This document shows positions 12,423 to 25,900 of a stretch of 64,000 nucleotides of DNA, piece after piece. The DNA is from Tubulanus polymorphus (Eukaryota > Animalia > Nemertea): contig NC_134034.1 in the NCBI RefSeq assembly GCF_964204645.1, positions 248,001-312,000 on the forward strand. Reading direction: 5' to 3'. The notes under the pieces were generated by a model, which worked only from the letters and a program-made list of their open reading frames with translations, did no database searches and had not been told where the DNA came from. The translations under genes and the position numbers were made by a program. How positions within the stretch are numbered: position 1 is the first letter of the stretch; the number at the start of each line of letters is the position of its first letter.

Positions 12423-15400
12423 TTATGCATCCATTCTCTGGTACGGGTTGTCATCTTTCATTAGACCTGAAAAAATAGAAATCATGAGAATTAAAAACAA
12501 ATCCTAAACAACTTAATGAAACACATCATACCTCTAAACTCTCTCCCTTTCCTCCCTCACTCCCCCCTTCCTCCCTCACTCCCCTCTCTCTAACTCCCCT
12601 CTCTCCTGGTTAGCTCTCAATAAGAAGCATTTGAACTGTTAGTTTTTCAAAAGTAATATTATATACCTTTGACTCTAGGAGGTGATTTGGGTTGATCTTC
12701 TTTAATTGGTAGGTCTATAATTAATGATAAGATAAATTAGTTTAATTCAGGGGAAGGTGTCCATCTGATCATTGACACAAGCCAGGGGAAGGTGTGACTA
12801 GGAGAATGGTACCAGCACGGAGAAGGGGAAGAGACAGGTCAAGGAGAATGGAGCGCTTCAGCAAGTAATCAATAAATCCACAAATAGACAGGTCAGGGAG
12901 AGGTGTTCATTCGAGCTAAATCAACAAGCAGACAAATCAGGGAGAGGTGTTCATTTGAGCCAAGTCTACGAGCAGATATGTCAGGGACAGGTGTTCAAAC
13001 CACAATAGGAGCATTACTGACAATAGTGAATCTATTTTTCACATTTAAAACATGCACAAAACAATCTTTTGAATAATCATTAACAATGAAGGCAGTTTAT
13101 TTTGAATGTTGTCGGCATGATAACAGGAAAATGTATATTCCCTTAAACCATTTTGAAATAGATGAAAGATTTTGTGATTAAGAACCAGTATTTACGCATC
13201 ATTTATTCCAGAGATATAGAAAAAAGTAAAAGATTCCAAGCCTAAGATATTCTACCAGTTGTTGTGCTGACTGAGAATTCCAAGCCTAGGATATTCTACC
13301 AGTCATGTGCTGTGTGTGTGAACAACATCAAACAAATAAATTTACAAATTTAGTTTATGAATTTTTTGCTATAAAATGAAAATAAATTATCCAGACTTCA
13401 TGCAACTAAATTGAGTAGAGCAAACACCGTAATAATAACAGAAACACCATCAGAGCATGCAAGACGACATTTAGATTGAAACTACAGTAGACTCTCAGCT
13501 CCCCCTAGTGGCCTGTCGTTGAGTCTACTGTATGAATTCACCTTCACATAATCAATGCTTCGGTATCTTCACTGTTAGTAGTAAGCATTCCTGTAAATCA
13601 GTAGTAATAACCATTCAATAGATACTGGGTTCTAGATCCACCTAGTTCCACCCTGCTTAATCCACATCCACCCTGCTATTCCACGCTACTACTATTACCC
13701 CTGATGAATGCGACCCTGGCGAGTGAGAGAAGCACTTACCGTATTTCCTTCTGATCTCATCTGCCTTCACTTTACGCTCAGCTTTCCTACAATTACACAA
13801 ATATATATAAGACAGAGTTTGGAGACCGATCAGTACTGGGGGGGGGGGGGGGGGGAAACGCACCTCTCCTCAGCTTTCTGACGTCGTTCTTCGCGTTCTC
13901 GTTCCCATTTCTCTTCTTCCTGTTTGTATTTCTTGTTGACGCGTTTCTTACGGCAACAGCAACAATAGATACAGCAGCACGTCGAGATGAGAATGACGCC
14001 GGCGAGGACGCCCATTACTATCAACAATACCTTGAAATTCACTACAAAAACAAACAAACGATTTAAACCTCTTTCAATGAGACTATCGACTAGACGTATT
14101 TTATTAGCCAGAAGTTGGTTGTTGTTTACTATGCGGGCCTGATGATGACTAATAGTCTTTAACTCAAATTATATTCACTTCTATTCAAGCACTTTTTATC
14201 TATGGCTGAATTTATTGTGGTTTTTCTCTCTCATCTAACACAGATATCGTGTATCTTCTCGTCTGAAATATCATAGTTACAATGCTATTTCAAATATCGC
14301 ACTGGTGATTTATCCAACATTTAACAATAACCAGTTTTAGAGCAGCCGGTAGATGCAGTAGTCTTTTACGGTCTTCAGAAATAAGGAAATTGCTTCATTT
14401 CAAACTGACGAGATAAGATTTTATCAGGGCTCAGTTCCACAGTTGTTAGTCGGACTTAACTCAGAGTTAAAATTAGTTCATTTTCAATGTTTTAAGAGTG
14501 AAAATCTTAACTCACAACCGTGGAACTGGATCCAGGATAATATCACAATCCTGTTTTACCGATACGGTATTAAGTGATAATTAGTTTTGTTAAAAGCCTG
14601 CTGCGGCAACTTACCGAGACAAGTTCCCCATCGAGCATAGTCAAGTGGACAGTCGTCACTGGATGGTAAAATATGACCAACAGGATACGGAACACACTTA
14701 TTGCCTTTATAACAATACATACACTGAAATCATTACAAAACAGTTCATCAGTCCGGTCTCACTTAGACCTTATGAACAACTCGACCAAAACAGTTCATCA
14801 GTCCGGTCTCACTCAAACCTTACGAACAACTCGACCAAATTAGGAGTTTAGCCAAGTTTTAGTCACGATGAAATTTCACTGATATAATGTTCTAAGGCGC
14901 TTTAAACCGATAAACAGGTTTGTTTTTAGGAGTCTTTTTACTTCATATTTTTAGGTATCGGGTGTGGTAAGGAGTCTTTTTAATTCATCCAGGCTGGATA
15001 TTTCTAGGTATCAGGCGCAGATTCAATGGATGGCCCAGCCGGCCCGCTCCCCCCTATTTTGATCGAGCTTACTTTCTCAGATGAAGGAAGCGTATAGGAA
15101 TATTACTGAAATGACTGTGAGAATCATTTAACACAACGGGGGGGGGGGACGGGGGGAGCAGTAACAGTGTAGTATATAGAAGAGACAAATTACTTCCTGG
15201 TTATTTCAAAATATTGCCACCAAACGTAACGTAGTATTTTAGAACCAGGAAGTTATTTGTTACTACTGAAATGTAAAGGCAATGTCTATTAACGGTAGTC
15301 AGGTCCGATCCAGATCAAAACTGATAAAGAAATGTTCATTTGGAAGAACGTCAATAATCAAGCAATGGCTCGAAAAACTCACTACTAGTTGAATTGTAGG

Positions 15401-16104
15401 AGCAAGTGGAAGAGATGCAGCCACTAGGCGCAAACCATACTAATTAAACCATACTTTGTGGAACTCATTGCCAAAATCTATTCGTGATAGAGAGTCACTG
15501 TCAATTTTTAAAAAGAGGCTAAAAACTCACTTTTTAAATGAAAATTATGATTGAAATGCTGTAATGGCTTTGTATCGTTTTATATCTAAATCATTATTAC
15601 TTATCCTGCGTAACGAGTCTGTAATGAGAATACCGCTATATAAAAATAAATATTATTATTATTATTAATTACTCACCTCGGCAACTCGAACACAGTCATC
15701 ACACGATCCGTTGTATTTGGCGCAAACTAGAAATTCAAACAGATCAGGAGATTATTGTTTTACTCAGATAGACGGCGGCTCCCGGGCCAGGGGGGGATGG
15801 GCGGGAGGTTTAGCCTGTTCATCCTTGAGGTATTTCCAGAAGTCGCCCTATTTTGAAAAATTCTGATCATCTTTCTTGGACCCAGTCACCCAATTTCCTG
15901 AGGAGGCCACACACCCCTTCTCTACCTGTCCTCGACCTCCTTCGAGTCATGTTTGAATTGACAATTTCGAGTCGTTGAATTGATCAGATACGTACCCTGT
16001 GTAGGTGTGAGGGTTGTCGTAGGGGGCGCTGATGTCGTGATCTGAGCGAATGAAGCGGAAAATGACATCAAAATCACGAGACCAAAAACAAACCACGAAA
16101 TCAT
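12423..16104 (-). CDS. PTTG1IP: PTTG1-interacting protein (PBF). Exons 16104-15996, 15726-15677, 14723-14615, 14041-13864, 13786-13740, 12466-12423
   Basis: Signal peptide, PSI domain (CAKYNGSCDDCV...CMYC...ARWGTCLVNF), TM helix with Cys cluster, ERR...DEIRRKYGL and NPYQRM tail. An in-frame upstream ATG at 16152 is possible. Confidence 0.95.
13483..13532. mobile_element. 50-bp mini-MITE enclosing a CTCF-like motif
   Basis: TACAGTAGACTC ... GAGTCTACTGTA inverted ends around GCTCCCCCTAGTGG (reverse complement CCACTAGGGGGAGC). Confidence 0.6.
14428..14532. mobile_element. Harbinger/PIF-like MITE
   Basis: TIR GGCTCAGTTCCACAGTTG / CAACCGTGGAACTGGATC, CAG target duplication, same internal TTAGTTCATTTTCAATG core as the 61145 copy. 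Confidence 0.75.
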
Positions 16105-16820
16105 CGTCGAGAAAAACGAAACTTGTGAAGAAGTGGTATTAATCCCGGTCATGATTTCAGCGATGATTTAAACCGGTTTAAATTAGACTGGTGTTTGTAA
16201 ATCCGATTCCTCGCTGTTCCTATAGTTCCCAGTTCGATCCTTCTAACGATTTCACTCTCATAAACCAACTGTCAACAGACAGAAAAAGGCTATTTTTAGA
16301 ATGTGTCGCAGTGAAAAAAAAATTTAATCTGCCCACTAAAATATGCAGCATGTCATCAGAAAAATATCAGAATTTAAACCAATACAATTCAATTTAGTTA
16401 TATTGCAACCAATCAATTCAATTAAGATATATTACCAAAACAACAGCGGGCCGCTGCGCCGGGTTCAAAGATGCTGCTGCGATCAACCCGAAACTCGTAG
16501 AAAAGAACACGATTCTTCAATTTTAGATTAATCCTCAATCTTATGTCCGAAAAATAACGACACAAAATTTTCATAGAAGTAAATTAAATGTTTTATCATT
16601 CAATAGTAAATTAAAGCATTACCGTAAAATAACAATAATCAATCATCTAGATGGCGCTATTGTGCACATTGGAAATTTAGAGCCCGGCGCACCCACAGCT
16701 TTGGTTATCTATTAAAACACACTTGTTCCACCTAGTGAGAAAATACCGTCCCGGGTCAACGTGCACTGGGTCATTGCGGGAACTACCGCCGAGTCTCGCT
16801 AGTGCCACCTGGTGGAGGAA

Positions 16821-19555
16821 TCAAAACCATTTTTCAAATCTGATATTATCTGGTTGTATGTGTTGATGTTTGAGTAAATCAGCGATACTGTTCGTCATGG
16901 CAGACGGACCACAAATAAAACACAATAAATTCTGTTTATCCGCGACATTCTCTAGAACTGAACGGATGTCTTCAGATTGAATTCTACGATTACCTGTAAC
17001 ACATAAACCAGACCCCGGTTTTATTTAAAACCGTTAACGCTTAAGACCAGTCTTAGCGCACTTCAAATACTTACTGATTTCACAATCTGCTGTTTTCAAA
17101 TCATCCTCTAAATTTCCAGTCACGAAAAACTTGTGAGAAAACTGCGGCAGTTTTTCACAGGTTTTCAAAATTTCATCCTAAAGAATAGAGAAATTACAGT
17201 TTGCACAAATCAAGGATGAAGATCTGGATCCAGATCAATCAAAGTTTTTTAGTTTGATTTGTTTCGAAGCGACTAAATAGCAATTAAAGCCATAAATTGA
17301 GTCAAACTTTTCTGTGAATCTGAACTTCTGAAAAGTGGGTTCTTAAAACCACTCATACGCGAGACAAGGAGCGCATTAAACAAAGATTAAACCTCTTGTC
17401 CTTAATTCACCTTGAATATGAGTTCTTTGACAGATGGCGCGGAGAACATCAAATGTACACTACCCAGGGTTGGATTGTTGCCGCTCGCACCGAGTCCAAT
17501 CCTTTCGGAATATAGATCCGCTAAATTCTGCCACATACAGTATAGAGGATTGACACCAACGCCACCTGCCAGGAAGAGTATATCACGCGAGAGATCAGCA
17601 TCAGATACGGGAGAATAGAAATAATCTCCACCAACGCGAATATTCACCTGACTACCGGCGCCACACTGTGAGAAAATAGGAAAATACACCCCTATGACAT
17701 CATCAAATTACCTACTAGGTCTACTCGCAATATATTTAGAGATTTGAATGATCTATTGACAGAAAAGATGTCAAAAATCCCCCTATGACATCATCAAATA
17801 ATCTATAGATTTCATACTCACATCAGAGTGGACCCAGTTAGTGATTGGATGTATACTCTGTTTCACAGCTAGTTCTAGAATGCCGTTTTCTGCCATTGTT
17901 TTCGGTGTTGAAACCATTGAAAATCCTGTACATTCTTTCATCCCAGGAACGTAAAAATCAACCCTACAAAATTCATTACATCATTTCTCAGCATCCACAC
18001 AGCTCAACACAATCTAAAATATTTCAGAACGCACCATTGTCCGGGTTTAAAAGTAAGTCTTTGATCTTCAACTTTCAGAATCATGCGTTTGATTTTCGGT
18101 GAAATATTTTCGATCTTTTCGACAGTAGCAGCCGACAGGATCTAGGAAAGAAGATACCAAACATTACTAGTCCCAGCAGTTCATAGGGAGCTGTGACTAG
18201 CGCCCCCTAGTGCCGGCACCAGGATCTAGGAAAGAAGATACCAAACATTACTAGTTCCAGCAGTTCATAGGGAGGAGCTGCGACTAGCGCCCCCTAGTGC
18301 CGGCACCAGGATCTAGGAAAGAAGATACCAAACATTACTAGTTCCAGCAGTTCATAGGGAGGAGCTGCGACTAGCGCCCCCTAGTGCCGGCACCAGGATC
18401 TAGGAAAGAAGATACCAAACATTACTAGTCCCAGCAGTTCATAGGGAGCTGTGACTAGCGCCCCCTAGTGCCGGCACCAGGATCGAGGAAAGAAGATACC
18501 AAACATTACTAGTTCCAGCAGTTCATAGGGAGGAGCTGCGACTAGCGCCCCCTAGTGCCGGCACCAGGATCTAGGATAGAAGATACCAAACATTACTAGT
18601 CCCAGCAGTTCATAGGGAGGAGCTGTGACTAGCGCCCCCTAGTGCCGGCACCAGGATCTAGGATAGAAGATACCAAACATTACTAGTCCCAGCAGTTCAT
18701 AGCGAGGAGCTGTGACTAGCGCCCCCTAGTGCCGGCACCAGGATCTAGGATAGAAGATACCAAACATTACTAGTCCCAGCAGTTCATAGGGAGCTGTGAC
18801 TAGCCCCCCCTAGTGCCGGCACCAGGATCTAGGAAAGAAGATACCAAACATTACTAGTTCCAGCAGTTCATAGGGAGGAGCTGTGACTAGCACACCCTAG
18901 TGCCGGCACCAGGATCTAGGATAGAAGATACCAAACATTACTAGTCCCAGCAGTTCATAGGGAGGAGCTGTGAATAGAGCCCCCTAGTGCTGGCACCAGG
19001 GCCTAGCACTGACAGCTCTTAGTGCCTTCAATGAATAGAGATTAAGAAAATGAGTTCAAATTCTTACATTTCCTCGTTGATCATTGGCTGTTATTTCCAG
19101 GTGAGTTTTACCACCAGCTCCATTAGTTCTTGAATTCATCATCCTAACAGAAAGAAAGAAGTACAGAAATAGTCAAAGGCCAATGACCCCATTGGCAATA
19201 ATACCGGGCCATAGCGTTCCTGGGCCCCGAGGATGGGACCACTCAGCAGATGTTTGGGTAATTATATGCTATGTACTCGCTTGTAAACTCAATATACAAA
19301 CCAATCCGTCAATACATTGAAAATACAATCCAATTAACCAGATAAATACGGGTTCAAAGTACATACACCGAAAAACCCCGATACTAATAGAGACCGGCTG
19401 GTGGCGCCATCTCGATTGTTGCTGAATTTTACATTTACGGTTGGTTTTATAGGTTATAAGACAATATCAATACATAACATTGCAGATGAAGAATAGCTCT
19501 ACCTTCTAAAAGATCGTACAATCGGTTTACAGGTTCTGGTGGCTCTTGTTAACAT
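16821..19555 (-). CDS. OXNAD1: Oxidoreductase NAD-binding domain-containing protein 1. Exons 19555-19503, 19143-19068, 18141-18035, 17963-17822, 17665-17411, 17177-17075, 16993-16821
   Basis: FNR-family motifs FKPGQWVDFYVPG, LELAVK, RVGGDYF, LFLAGGVGVNPL, ICGPSAM, IRFEKWF*; Arg-rich N-terminus resembling a mitochondrial presequence. Confidence 0.93.
18136..19000 (-). repeat. 84/87-bp tandem array, 10 copies, each containing the OXNAD1 exon-3 acceptor plus 6 exon nt and a CTCF-like motif
   Basis: Minus-strand unit ...GGTATCTTCTTTCCTAG|ATCCTG GTGCCGGCACTAGGGGGCGCTAG...; the copy at ~18480 has AG mutated to CG. Confidence 0.96.
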
Positions 19556-19970
19556 ATTTAAACAACTTTCTTCGCTATAATATCAAAAAGGATGTCATTG
19601 CGTAATGATCTCGTAGCTGATACTAAATCCAAGTTAGCGGAAGCAGAAACTGTCAGTAGGGTTCGAATCCTTAGGGCAAAACCTCTGTACAAAACAATAT
19701 GGAAAATGCCGATAATTGATGATATATACAAAATGATTCAAAAACCCATAGACCTCTACCAGGCTTCCATCCAATCGTGATATTTTATGAGGATTCCTCG
19801 ACCAGCCCGCAATTCAATAATTCAGATCGGTTTATTTCGATAATTAGGACATCTCGGGAAAATCAATTCAATTCAATACGAGCGCGCGATATCGTGGAGC
19901 TTTCAAGGTCGTTTTAATTAGCACGAGTGTTTTTCGCGTCTGGAACTGTTTTAATTAGTTGTGTTGTAAA
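19556..19970. promoter_or_regulatory. Probable bidirectional promoter between OXNAD1 and PSME3
   Basis: Head-to-head start codons 415 bp apart; GCGGAAG (ETS-like) and GGTTCGAATCC motifs. Confidence 0.65.
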
Positions 19971-22371
19971 ATGTCTAACGGTCAGGAATCAGATACTAAA
20001 TCAGCCCGAGATCAGGTACGAGAATCAGTCCAACATTTCTATCCGTTTACAGCCGTTTTTAAATCCGGAATCGTTCGTAAAATCGACACGAAACGACGTA
20101 AATTACCATACTCTAGTGGCGCCCTCTCACTTAATGACCATTAATCTATTTCAGGTTAACGAATTAAAAGACAGAACAAAAGTAGAAGTAAGTTTTAATT
20201 CGTTTTTGAGTCACGTGTGATATCCATCGGGCGGGGCGGGTTTGTAGCAGTAGGTAAAGAATTTTAAGCCCTATCCGCGCCAGCCCAGCTCCGGGCCAGG
20301 CTAGTTAGTACTAATAATCATGTACTGTTATTGTTGGGGGGTGCTGTGTCAGACAATCCCCTCCTCCCCAACCCCGTGATTGACAGCAGTTCCCCTTTCC
20401 CCTCGCCGAGTCAAGTTAAGCTGCTGATTGACAGTTCCCATCCTCGCGGTTGACAGCCCCTCCTTCCCCACCCAATGATTGACAGCTCCCATCCTCGTGG
20501 TTGACAGCCCCTCCTCCCCCACCCAATGATTGACAGCTCCCATCCTCGCGGTTGACAGCCCCCTCCTCCCCCACCCCTCCCTCTCTAACCAATGTTGTGT
20601 GATGGATTATTTTATTTATTTTGACAGGCTGAAGACATCGTGAAGTCAATTTTCCCGAAGAAAGTTTTAGAATTAGAAGAACTTATAAAAGTAAAACTTT
20701 CACTCCGAGAATCTCAATCGCTTCGATAAGTTCTCGATATTATTCATAGATGGCGTTGTTATTAATTTCAGTCACCGTTGCTAAGTTACAATCGTCTGAC
20801 AGAAATAGAATGCGACCTGGGAATTCCGAAACCTCAACCGATCACGTTAAACGATGGCGGACCGGCGGTTAAAAAACGGAAAACACGTCACGATGAGAAT
20901 CATATAACAGCAGACGATAACATTACAGGTACCTGTTACATGTGCATGTTACATGCAGTGACATGCGACATGTACATGTTAAAGTTCCATTTCATTCAAC
21001 AAAAAGCAAACCTAAATACACTTATAAATATATTACTTATAGATAGATATTGAGTGTTGCATGTCATATGTGCCTGTTACATGTGACATGTACCTGTCAC
21101 ATGTGCCTGTGGCAGTCATATTAAAGTTCAATTTCATTCAATAAAAAGCAAACCTGCATTCACTTATAGATGTGTGTTGCGTGTCACATGTGCCTGTTAC
21201 ATGCGATATGTACATGTCACATGTGCCTGTTACATGCGATATGTACATGTCACATGTGCCTGTATGGTTAAACATGTACATGTTTTTGTTGTTTATTTGA
21301 ACAGGTTGTAAAGTGTTCAGTCTTCCCAATGGAACTGTCTCTAGTAACATGCATTTAATAGAAATAGTCGATAATCTAAAACCACACATTCGAGATCTAC
21401 TGGAATATACTAACACGGTCAGTCAGTGCTGCCATCTATTAGACACCAGCAGAAAACATTAACTCATCACTAGAAATAACGTGAATTTATTTTCGGTAAC
21501 TTTCTAGGTGAAAATGTGGATCACATACATGATTCCTAAAATAGAAGATGGCAACAATTTCGGAGTTTCCGTTCAGGAGGAGACGATGGCTGAGGCTCGG
21601 ACGGTCGAAACAGAGGCTGCTCAACACATGGATCAGATAACTAGATACTTCATTTCACGTGCGAAACTCGTCTCTAAAGTCGCCAAATATCCACACATCG
21701 TAAGCCACGCCTACTCATTTACATATCGACACGCCCACTTTATAACTAGAGCTTAGTTAAAGTTTCTCTATTTTTAATAGGATGATTATAGAATTGTAGT
21801 TAAAGAATTGGATGAGAAACAATTCATGACGCTTCGACTAACAGCGACTGAACTTAGGAATAGTTATGTAAGTACGGACTCGTGTTAAACCACGCCACCT
21901 GGTGATTAAATGTATGAAATACTCCCGCTCAAAGTCATGTGATTGATGATCGACCCATTGTCTTATCAGTGGCCAGAATTCATTTGTTATCTCCTGTGTT
22001 CCAGCGAGATCCAATGCCATCATTGAGAGCCAACTACAGAAAGTTTCCTAGTATCTCTAGCCCAAAGAGTCTGAATTACTAATGTTTGCCCAATAGACCG
22101 AATTGCTAATGTTTGCCCAAGAGCCTGAATTACTAATGTTTGCCCAAGAGCCTGAATTACTAATGTTTGCCCAAGAGCCCGAATTGCTAATGTTTGCCCA
22201 CGAGCCTGAATTGCTAATGTTTGCCCACGAGCCTGAATTGCTAATGTTACTCCGCGGGCCGTCATTACATCACCAGTATTTTGTTTACAGTGCAGTTTAC
22301 ATGATGTGATTCTGAAGAATTTGGACAAGATTAAAAAACCACGCAGTTCAAACGTGTCGAACATGTTCTGA
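19971..22371 (+). CDS. PSME3: Proteasome activator complex subunit 3 (PA28-gamma/REG). Exons 19971-20015, 20155-20187, 20628-20690, 20772-20928, 21305-21417, 21508-21699, 21781-21867, 22291-22371
   Basis: VKMWITYMIPKIEDGNNFGVSVQEE activation loop, SRAKLVSKVAKYPH, KKRK NLS, LHDVILKNLDKIKKPRSSN. Confidence 0.97.
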
Positions 22372-22983
22372 GCAGACGGACGCAGCCCGGGGAGCAATCG
22401 AGGGGCAGACGCGGGCCGGGGAGGAGGGGCGGACGGACGCAGCCCCGAGGAGGATGAGGGTCAGGGGTTAAACTCGTGTAACAAAATAAAAGTAAACATT
22501 TTGTAAATATAAATGATGTAAGAAACTACTGAGAATAAATGAAATAGTCTTACATTTTACAAAATCATATTCACCTCCTTCATTCTTCATTTATTTGTCT
22601 ATTTTTAACCTCACCTGAATCAAAATATGAAATCAGCAAAGTTTGTGGTTGAATTTTATAGTTTACAGCCACATAACTTCCCCCACGCCCCCCCCTCCCT
22701 ACCCGGAGGTGCAGTGGTCTAGTGGAGTTTCATTGGTACTGGGTTCCTAAGGTAGTAGCGTTTCCTTACGGGAGGCTGAGGGCTTCTCCACGTCAATGTA
22801 ACCGGGAGAGGTAGAAACAACAAAACAACTGGCACTAGACCTCTACGTTCAGAGAGGAAATAATTGACAAATTTTCATTTCCAAAATTATTTTTTTTATA
22901 TTCAACGTAATTTGGAATATTACAGTAACTTAATTTGCATACATCACAAACCTAATTTGCATATAATAGCAGACGGATGGATG

Positions 22984-25900
22984 TCACGATGTTTTATTGA
23001 TGTTCTGCTGTTGGCGATGTTGCTTCAGACATTTCGTCGAACAGAATCTAAAATCATGATATTCAAACGGGACTAGTCCGGTAATATCCGTTCCACATGA
23101 CCAGCATCGACTGAAATAAACACAAATTGTGACTACTGGTTATTTTCGGTTCTACTGCTGCTGCAGCTGCTGCTGCTGCTGCTGTTACTGCTACTGCTGC
23201 TGTAGCTGTACCAGTCCATTAAAACGAGGAACTATTAAATACCTGAGGATCGGGGTGACGCCAGTTTGCGCAGTCACCTGTTGTGATAACCGTTTTTCTG
23301 CTGCTAGCGCCCTCTATAGAATAAATAATGAACCACTGATGTAATTGTGACGGTCATTAAAATTATGTAACTATTTAATACAATTCAATATTTTACCTTT
23401 TCTCGATCGGACAGTTTTAGGAAATGCTGTTTTTCTGCTTCTTCCGCCATTTTTTCTGAATTTCTAACACGTTCTTCCTGTACGGGTTACAACAATGAGC
23501 GAGAGCGTTTACGTGAAATAGTGTTACTCGTATGTTTTCACAGCAATTCAAACTCTTCTCACCTTTAATCTTTCTTTCTTTGCTTTTTTGTTTATTTTCC
23601 TTCGTTCAGCGTCTCTAGCCTTACGTTCGGCCTCGCGTTCCTCACACAGCGGTGACGGGATCTGAGCCACGCGGTAGTCATAGCGATCGGGATTACGACC
23701 CATGAATCGACGCATCTCGTCGCGGACTCGTTTTCCGTCTGCCGACACGTACGCCGGATGACCTTGACCATTCCTGATATAGAATAATCAGACAATAATC
23801 TTGAATAGAGCATCATTGACTACAAACCAGCGGGATCACGTCTGTCTCTAGACCTACCTGATAGTTGGATCGGCGCCAGATTCTAACAATGCGCAGACAA
23901 TGTCCGATTGTCCGTTTCTAGCGGCAACGTGCAACAATGTATCGTTCACCGAACCGAAACGTATCCCATTCAGAACCGACAGTAAAGCATCGTTTAACTG
24001 CGCATCAATAGGTGTCGCTAGTTGTTGTGTGTTTGTGTCAATAGGTGTCGCTAGTTGTTGTGTGATTGTGTCGATAGTTTTAAGGAATAGCTCGATATTT
24101 CCGAGTTTACAAGCAGTAAATAATTGATCCTTTAAACCAGCATCGCATAGCAACAATTCTACAACATAAACACATATACAACATGATGTCATAGGGAGAT
24201 ATATGGAGGCAGCATCTCGATGATGTCATAGGGAGATATATGGAGGCAGCTTCTCGATGATGTCATAGGGAGATATATGGAGGCAGCATCTCGATGATGT
24301 CATAGGGAGATATATGGAGGCAGCATCTCGATGATGTCATAGGGAGATATATGGAGGCAGCTTCTCGATGATGTCATAGGGAGATATATGGAGGCAGCTT
24401 CTCGATGATGTCATAGGGAGATATATGGAGGCAGCTTCTCGATGATGTCATAGGGAGATATATGGAGGCAGCTTCTCGATGATGTCATAGGGAGATATAT
24501 GGAGGCAGCATCTCGATGATGTCATAGGGAGATATATGGAGGCAGCTTCTCGATGATGTCATAGGGAGATATATGGAGGCAGCTTCTCGATGATGTCATA
24601 GGGAGATATATGGAGGCAGCTTCTCGATGATGTCATAGGGAGATATATGGAGGCAGCTTCTCGATGATGTCATAGGGAGATATATGGAGGCAGCTTCTCG
24701 ATGATGTCATAGGGAGATATATGGAGGCAGCATCTCGATGATGTCATAGGGAGATATATGGAGGCAGCTTCTCGATGATGTCATAGGGAGATATATGGAG
24801 GCAGCTTCTCGATGATGTCATAGGGAGATATATGGAGGCAGCATCTCGATGATGTCATAGGGAGATATATGGAGGCAGCACCTCGATGATGTCATAGGGA
24901 GATATATGGAGGCAGCATCTGGATGATGTCATAGGGGGATCATTAGGAAGGTCTGTAATTTGTAAAATAGAAGAGCTTAAAGCTGGCTAAAATATGTGTT
25001 ATAAGTTAAAACTAACCTTCATCATTTGTTTCCTCATTCACTGTATTTTCATCATCGTTATCGCCGACATTTTTTTCCTCTTCTCGTTTTTTCGATTTCT
25101 TCTTGTTTTTCTTCTTTTTACCGCGAGAATGAGGAGAATGAGGAGAATGAGGAGAATGAGGAGGAGGAGGAGGATGAGGAGGAGGTATTTCAGTGTTTTC
25201 GAACTCGTTTAAATCCCGCGCGAGATTGTGTAGTTCATGTACGCTGAATAAATTCACTGATAAATCATTTTCTACAACAAACAAACAACAAACAAAATCA
25301 TAATTATCAATTTCTGATGAAATCATTTCAAACGATATTCTATTACGTACGATTAATTTCAGTAATTTCCACTTCATTTTCTGTCGTCTCTTGTTTCGAT
25401 TTCTGCGAAGTTGATTTATCTTTTTTTGATGATGTTTTCGTCGGACTCGCGACAATCACTTCCTCGATATTCGTCACTTTTCCTACAAATATAATATCGG
25501 TTTCAATGATCGGTACTGGTACACACCACCAGGTGGCGTAACTTTCAGCAGTGATAATTAATCGATGATTTTAGTAACAGACCGTAACAGGTGACCGTGT
25601 TGAGAATGTCGTGAACGCGTTTTAATTCACTAAAAGTCGGACGTCTCGTCGGGAACGGAATGAATCGGATTCGAGCGTCTTTCTTATCGAGGGCCGGAGT
25701 TTTACCCCCGAAAAATATCGATTTATTGTTGCTAGGCGCCCGTATAAAAATACGAGAACAACGCGATAGATCATCAGACCACGACTCAATCACATCCGTT
25801 ATATCCTGCAGAAATACAATTTGATGATGTCATAGGGGGATTTATGAAGGCAGACATCTTTTCTAGGAGTGTCTATAGTTCAAATCACAAGTAGACAAAT

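Noticed and set aside
23129-23344. Poly-Cys ORF
   Set aside because: CTG microsatellite in an ANKZF1 intron read antisense
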